From: Orbicella franksi
Taxonomy: Eukaryota
Assembly (NCBI GenBank): GCA_964199315.1
Contig: OZ116708.1
Coordinates: 3,968,001 to 4,032,000, forward strand
Direction: 5' to 3'
DNA length: 64,000 bases
The stretch's first letter is position 1, and every line of letters begins with the position of its first letter. Below are positions 57,401-64,000 of this stretch, piece after piece. The notes under the pieces were generated by a model. The model did not search any database and was not told the origin of the DNA. It was given only the letters and a program-made list of their open reading frames with translations. Made by a program: the position numbers and the translations under genes.

Positions 57401-60400
57401 GGCACGTTTAGGACTGCAATGGGTTTCTTTACAAGGTTTCAAAACTGAACTAACCAAAAGTCGAGAAAACAATCAATATAATGCCATCGACCAATCAAAT
57501 TAAGAACGTTGGAATCCAAAGCCCTCAATTTTGGGACAGAAGCAGTTCTAGTCTCATAAAATTTTCCGAAACAAAATGCAAAAAACGTTTCGCTATGTTC
57601 ACGAAAACAAGTTCCCTGAATTGAAGGATAAAAATGTGACGTACCTTCTCAAAATCTGCTCTGGATGAAGCAAGCAAAGCGTTGAATTTCTCCTACAACA
57701 AACAGAGAGCATCAATGACGTTCAGTGGCTCTCGCGCAAATTTAAAACCAAACTCGGCTTATCAAAAAGTAAATCACTGAGGCTGCAACAAGCGAAAAAG
57801 CCAATGAGAACTTATGCATGGGAGTGGTGAAAAAAGCGGGAAAACATGCAGCTGACGGCAAGCGCGGGAAACGTCAAACGAGCTAAACCACGATTGATTT
57901 TGCTTTCGCAACTGATTGGCCAACCAAAATTCCATCTTCGTTCCAATTGGTCAGAAAGCGTTGGCTGTCGCAAGAGTTGTATAAACCAATTAGGACTCAC
58001 CAAACAGTTGCTTTTGGAAGTAACCAAAACCGCTTTAACATGACGTCCAAACGTAAACGGGAATATAACGAGAATGCCAAGTAACTACTGCACAACTTAC
58101 GCGGATAAAGTCATACAAATTAAAAACCCACCTCTGATCTTAAAGTAGATTCCTCTTGCTTTCTCAACTTTTCAGTGCTTTCTTCTAATCGCCTTCTTAA
58201 CGAGTCACAATCACTGTGAAGGCTGGAAATTCTGAAACAAGGCAGAAATGAAACAAGCCTCTTCAAAAACCAACTCAAAATATTCCCAAGTTTATCGTTC
58301 TTAATCCACCTCAGTCTTTCCCAATCTTAACCATCTTTATTCCTTTTTGGTTTGTTAATGTCTCCTTGTTGCTTTTCTATCTTGATAACGTATTGTTTTC
58401 AGGTTTCAATTTCAATTTCAAGGCTCTTTTTAATACTGCAAAAATTAGCAGAGCTCCTTCCACATAAAGCCCAAAAGTTGATACACGGCCTGGACTAGGA
58501 AACCGATGGACTAACGGACTGCAGAGTTAGTGCTTAATGGATGATTTAACCTTTAATTTGTGTAGTTTCGAGGAGACTCTTCTTCCGAAATGCTCGGGTT
58601 GTACTCAGTTTTTTTGACATTCAAGGCTAATCATCTAACACATGCTTATTATCACTGTTATAAATGACTTACTTGAGGTCACTTCCTTCTAATTTAGCAG
58701 TGAGTCTAGAGTTTTGCTCCTAAAAAACGAAACAAAATTTATTTCACTTTGACTAAATAAAATACTTATTTATTAGGCAGGGAGACCACTAGACCCCAGC
58801 CAATTACAGTGGATTCCTCGTTTATAAGACTTAAACTAAAGTTACTCATATGTAAACAAGAGGAATCAAAAGGAAACAAAACAGAAGTTTAAATTGCTAT
58901 GTTGCACCTGGGACAGATTGTTCCCCAGTTTATTATGTCGTCAACGTCGTATAGATCTAGAGCCCTATTGTAATATTGAAGTAGTTAACGTTTAAATGAG
59001 GCTAGAGAGGTGTGACCTGTAGGTAACTCAGTGGGCATAACATTCCACGTGCGGCACGAGAATATGAAAAATGATCGTTGATAAGTAACAGTTCTACTTC
59101 GCTCAGAAATATGGAGAAAACCTTTAATATAAAAAGAAAGCTATGGAGAAACCTTTAATATGGTAGAAAATTGTCTACCCTTCAGTACTTTCTTCGTATA
59201 ATGTGATCGTCTTGGTCAGGGTGATTTTGAAAAGGACTGTTGTTGTTGACTGATATTTCGACCGCCTGAACAGAAGTTATTTTAAGAGTCAAGAGAAACG
59301 CGACTACAAAGTTTAGATAATGTTGTAAATGTTTTTTCAATTTGATTAATTTTGATTGTGTAGTTATTAGTAACTTAGTAATTTAAGTAATTGTTCCTGA
59401 AAAGCCCCATTGGGGAGGTAACAATAAAGTATGTATGTAAATGCTGTTCGTTAGTCGATCAAGCTAAGAATCTCTTGCGTGACTAGCTGGGTTCGATAGC
59501 GTGACCAAACCATTGGACATGACGTGACATAGTCGCTTACCTTTTCCAGGCGTATTTTTTCCTGTAGTCTTTCGAACTGAGACTTCTGATGCTCCGTGTC
59601 ACGCTGTACAATGTTCAGTTGACTTCCTCGTTCCGTTAGAATGACATTGGCAGTTTGAAGCTGAAAGGTAAGCCAGGTCAGGTCAGGTCAGAGAGGAACA
59701 AACAAGGTACTTTGCTCTGCTTTCAACCGTCTCCAGTGACAAGGGAGTGGGGTGGGGGGGGGGGGGGAAGTTCCAACTCTTTAACCCCGGTTCCCACATT
59801 TCCTTATTCGTTGCGCCTATTTGCCTCTTTTTTGCACGGAAAATATTAAGTATTGTTGCGAGGTTTGTTCTATTTTTCATGGCGCCTTGGGACTCCTGTT
59901 TCCCGCCCTCTCTTTTCCAGTACCCCGTGGACTTCCCGTCCCCTTTACTCCCCGCTTCTCGCCACTATGCCCCCATCCCTGAAAATTTTTTTCCGGTGAT
60001 CTCCAATGCTTTATCAATTAACACATGAAATGCTCAAAGACGCCGTAAATGTTTACTTACCTCGATATCAAGGTTACTTGCTTTGCTTTCAACCGTCTCC
60101 AGCTTCACCATAAGAGCCTTTGAAATCGAAAAAATATAAAACAATAAATAACATTACTATAAATAATGACGAGTGCTTAAAAGGAAAATACTGACGATTG
60201 CTGATCGACGCGGCAACAGACAATGCAATCAAATAAACCAGAACTAAAAAAACAAGTAATTTCTTTTCATAGAGTAAGAAACTGAGAAATCGCTCTGAGA
60301 CTCAACTTAAAGAAACGAAGGCTCGAGAATAAGCTATACGATTTAAACACAGTACCTTGTTTGTCTCCTTCAGTGAAGCAGTTTCTTTCTCAAGTCTTAG

Positions 60401-63400
60401 CTTCGCCTGATAAAGTTCATCGCGCAAATTTTGCGCTTGTCTAGAAAAACACAAGAAAAAGACCACAAGTTACTTTAAGCTCTGTCCAAACGGGAAATGT
60501 TTGGCGACCAAACACGATCAAACATTGTTTGGTGGCCAAACATTTTGCCGTTTGCACACCTTGTTTGATCGCGTGTTTGGTAAAATCTGAACGTCGACAA
60601 ACATTTGATCAAACACTGGCTTAAAACAGTTTGCTCGTTTGGACGGTGATCAAACATGTTTGATACCGTTTGGCCATTCATGTTTGGTCACCAAACAATG
60701 TCTGAATTTTTTATCATGTAGTCTTAATTTTACGTAGGGCCCCTTTTGATACCAGCCCATGGCTGATGGAGCTACCCTGCCTAAATAAAGATGACTTGAC
60801 TTGACTTGACTTTGGTTGCCAAACATTTCCCGTTTGCATAGGGCTTAGGGCTTCAAGATCCCTTGGGCACCACTGGTGGCAGAGGCGATGATAATAAACT
60901 TCATTCCACAGTGTGCTGTTCTACTCCTTGCGTAGTTACAGAAGGAAGCGAGTAATACGTAAGAGACACAAATGGCCAGGTTTAAAACCCTTCATTGTTC
61001 ATTCATAACGGATTAATGCAGGCGAAGAAACCAGATAAATAATAACTGCCCAATTTTGGAAGGGGTCGGGGGTTATTATAAGATTTGAAAGCTCTGTACC
61101 TTTCAGCTTCCACTCTGCCGACACTGGCTCTTTCTAGTTCTTTGTCGGATTTCTCCAATCTCGATCTTAATGATGAAATCTGAAAACAAAAGCTCGACTG
61201 TCAGTGTTTTGTCTTGTTCCATTCTTGTCAATACAGAGACAAAACCTAACTAAAAGAAAGTAAGTTTCAACCCAGTAGAGAGAGGAAATGTGAGAATACA
61301 GTGTCTTATCCAAGACCACAATAAAACAACACAGAAAACAAACAAACAAAACAAAACATAACCGAGCCATAACTGCGGACTCCCATCTCTCAGGAGGTCG
61401 TCCCGCTTCCTTATTGTTAACGATACACATCACATTAAATTACATGACGTACTTCAGACTCCAGGCGAGTTCTGGTCTGTGTCTCGCTTTCCAACTTGCT
61501 GCTGATCTGCGCGTGCTCATTCCTTCCGCTGGCCACGTGTGAGTCGAAGTCGGCGCGTGTTTGGAGAAGGGCTTCTTCGCTTTTAGCCTGTAAGGTTAAA
61601 ACAGCAATTTAACACCGACTCACCTGTGAGGAACACTTCCAAAAAGACAGCATTTCCTTGGATCCCGCTTAACAAAATTTGAGCTTGTAATCTACTGCTA
61701 AACTTACGAAGAAGCCTTAGGACTTAAATCTGTTTGTTTGGGAAGGGATGAGAAGAGGAGGGAGGGAGAGGGGAAAGTTTAGTACAGCGTATTACTGGAA
61801 AAAATACTGCAACTTGAAAAGCCCTGGCAGTTGAATTTAAATATAAGATAATCTAAAAATGATACTCGTGTTTACGTATCAAGGTAATTTTTATGCCCAA
61901 AATGTTTCAGTAAGGATGGTCTACCAATAACTGTGCTAAACGAATTCTGACAGGCAGTAAATCATCTTTGTTGGTTTGCCTGTACTCTCTTTATACAAGG
62001 AAAATCACTTACCACTTTCTCTGCTTTCTTCTGCAGTTTCTCCTTCAAAAGTGCGATTTCTTTTCCCATGGACGCTTTAGTAGCCTCCAGTCGAGCTTTG
62101 GTATCGGCTAACTCAACCTAATAAATAAAAACAAACTTTAGAGACCTCTTGATGTACCACCAAATTGTTTAGTGGGGAGAATTTATACTTCAAACTTGTT
62201 TCTCACCTGTGCGGCTTTGAGCTCCTCTCTAAGCGAGCCACTGCTGGCTTCGTAACTCCTACGAGTTTGATCCACAGCTTCGAGTTGGTAAAGAGCTTCA
62301 CTCTTCTGTATTGAATGATTACGCGACTCTTCAACTAAGGCTTCGTTCTTTCGTTTTTCATCGTCCAGTAACTGGTTCTGTACCGCACGAGCTTCTTGTT
62401 CTTCAGCTAAAGCTCTTTTCAAGTCTCGCACATCAGATTCCAGTTGTTGTAAATTGTTTCTCAGTGATTTATTTTCAGTTTGCTGCTGGCGTTTCTCGAC
62501 CTCAACGTTTTGACGGTTTTCAAGTTCCCTGAAGAAAAATGAAAAACACTGCGAGTGAGCAGTTGATAAGTTTGAATATTCACAACACTGGATGAGCACG
62601 CCAGCGAAAGTTCGCTAATGTATCTGGCCGAGTTAACTGTTTTTAACTTGGAAGCATGTAAAATCGGACAAAGTCGGAGAATGGCGTAGCCAACGTTACT
62701 ATCCGTTCTCTCCGATTGCTTCCGATTACAAAATACGAGAACTGAAAATACTACAAAACGTTACACAAATTGCTTTCGATTTTCAAGCTGCAAGAACCTA
62801 AGCTGAAAATGTCAGTTGTAAAAGTTAATAGAAGGAAAGTCTTGGAAAAGCTTCAAGAATCCGAAAAGGGTAAAAGAACGCTTGTTTATCTAATTGTGCG
62901 GTCTCTCCAACGAATGGGAGTATCTCGAGAGAAAAGTTTACCGAATGTTCCCGATTCACAAGTCAAGAAAATCAGAAAAAGACGGAAAATAGCGAACAAC
63001 TTCCAACAAAACCCCGATACAGAATGCCAAGTAGACAAGGCATCGAGAGCTAAAACTTCGTATTTGAACCTACTTCGCCAGTTTTTCTTCCAATCTTGTG
63101 ATCTGTTCCTTCAACTGAGTGAGAAGAGCTTCCGATACCCGTCGTGCTTCACTCTCCTGGTCGTGTTTATACTGCAGTGTCCTGTAAGCAGCTTCCACTT
63201 CCATCTTCAGTCGCTCAGACTCAGACTTCTCTTTAGTAAGAGCTTCAACTTTTCTGATGAAAGAGAAACCAAGACAATCTTTTAATTCCATTGCAACAAT
63301 CATTGACTTAGAAAGACTCGAAGGAGACTGTTGTGTTGCTTCGGTGAAGACAATTTCCCTCGTCGACTTTAAGATTTTTACACGAGAAACTTTTGCAGGT

Positions 63401-63882
63401 CATCAACTCTATATAGACAGAAATAGTAAAGTGCCTTTCTAAGCTCAGTTTTGGTTTTTCTTTTTTTTTTTCCGGAAAATTGACACTGTTATGCTGTGTT
63501 GGCGTGCAACCGATCGTTCTATGTTAACTCGCGGTCAAAACCTTAAATTCGCCGACCGCTTCTACAGAGTAAAGCATGTCATTAGTACTGCGGAAAATAA
63601 TGGACAAACAAAGCAAACAAACAAACAAACTTGGGATTTTGATACAGCATCTGATTGGCAGAAAGGAAAAAGAGTTGTTTGGAGTAGCCCTCTATTAGTA
63701 ACAAATCGAAATTGTTTAAAAAGCATATTAAAAACATGTCAGTTCTTACTCTTGCAGTTCAGACAGGTCGACCTCCATTTGTTTCCTGCTTGTTTCCAGC
63801 GCCACAATTCTCTCTCGCTGTTTATCCACTTGTCGTTTAGACTCGCGAAGAGCCTCTTGAAGTCGAGCGAAACTTTGGCTGT
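44778..63882 (-). CDS. ANKRD26: ANKRD26-like coiled-coil protein, C-terminal roughly 33 exons; the gene continues beyond the window end
   Basis: Coiled-coil exons read in phase, e.g. 63750-63882, 62207-62530, 56088-56240, 51519-51620. The C-terminal series FVEKGQLEAYKQELEAK / SRFELNRKLEEVNAHLEEQ / AVAREKLDKMREAN / DLYESELKSKDKLANRLYKANEKMAE / AVENELNKSIKRHL / ASSKQYMSVLRKNYFV* parallels human ANKRD26 (MVELGQVKQYKQEIEERARQEIAEKLKEVN...ASREYVQVLKKNYMI). The ankyrin N-terminus is not in the window. Confidence 0.85.
44897..45040. other. Assembly gap (144 N)
   Basis: Run of N; it covers the start of the last ANKRD26-like exon. Confidence 1.
45561..45830. repeat. 133-bp tandem duplication spanning an ANKRD26-like exon end and its donor
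   Basis: CTTTACCTTGGAGT.CATTCGATCTGGACTT recurs at about 45665 and 45798. Confidence 0.85.
46975..47350. repeat. Tandem duplication of about 185 bp with adjacent low-complexity GTTTTCCCGC-type repeats
   Basis: TTTACCGCTCTTGGAACTGGTGACACAATT...GCCACTCATTATGCG occurs twice. Related motifs at about 11280-11350, 47400-47500, 47840-47930 and 57815-57870. Confidence 0.8.
47507..47830 (+). mobile_element. 5'-truncated RTE-clade LINE, 3' end of ORF, inactive
   Basis: PKMYCNEELWTTTEQERINIPIRRRK*GWIGHTLRK...KQALRWNPQGKRSRGRPRNSWRRTV...WQLERIAQNRPRWRAMV is the typical RTE C-terminus, with an internal W-to-stop change. Confidence 0.88.
59203..59290 (-). mobile_element. Degenerate Penelope-like terminal repeat fragment
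   Basis: Reverse complement GACTCTTAAAATAAC...GTCGAAATATCAGTCAACAACAACAGTCC resembles a Penelope-like terminal repeat with an eroded hammerhead core. Confidence 0.5.
60479..60844. mobile_element. MITE with 19-bp inverted repeats carrying a nested retroelement tail (about 60703-60812)
   Basis: CAAACGGGAAATGTTTGGC and GCCAAACATTTCCCGTTTG; the insert ends AATAAAGAT(GACTT)4. Confidence 0.75.
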
Positions 63883-64000
63883 CTGAAATAGATTGAATAT
63901 ACGTTTTAAAAAACAATTACTGTACGGACGATGTAAGGAAATTAAAAGTGAGAGGTAATGAAACAGGGCTAGGGCCTCACTTCAGATTTCTGCACAAAAA

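Noticed and set aside
59706-59736. 19-nt exact echo of ANKRD26-like exon sequence (60084-60102) in the next intron, a possible mutually exclusive exon
   Set aside because: No acceptor precedes it and it is too short; at most a duplication relic.

Overview
AT-rich, intron-rich animal genomic DNA, most likely from a stony coral (inferred from gene content and repeat types), with one 144-nt N gap at 44897-45040. Five conventional genes lie on the minus strand: an intronless CHST1/3-like sulfotransferase (6004-7314), an 18-exon TMEM209 (9211-17942), an ankyrin-repeat cGAS-like receptor with one coding exon and an intact catalytic triad (19229-22483), a Bcl-xL/Bcl-w-type pro-survival gene (28637-31219), and the 3' two-thirds of an ANKRD26-like coiled-coil gene (44778 to beyond the window). 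The most interesting signal is a set of very small BH3-only-like genes that are easy to miss. One is a 69-aa ORF at 3012-3221 (+). An inverted paralog of it starts at nt 50 (-) and runs off the window edge, and a probable decayed third copy lies between them; the copies share a conserved promoter module. Another 84-aa BH3-only ORF at 33176-33430 (+) sits head-to-head with the Bcl-xL-like gene. With the ANK-cGLR, these form a compact candidate sensing and cell-death locus within about 33 kb. The rest is MITEs, SINEs, an RTE LINE fragment and tandem repeats. Exon structures were read by hand from GT-AG signals and protein similarity recalled from knowledge; no searches were run.
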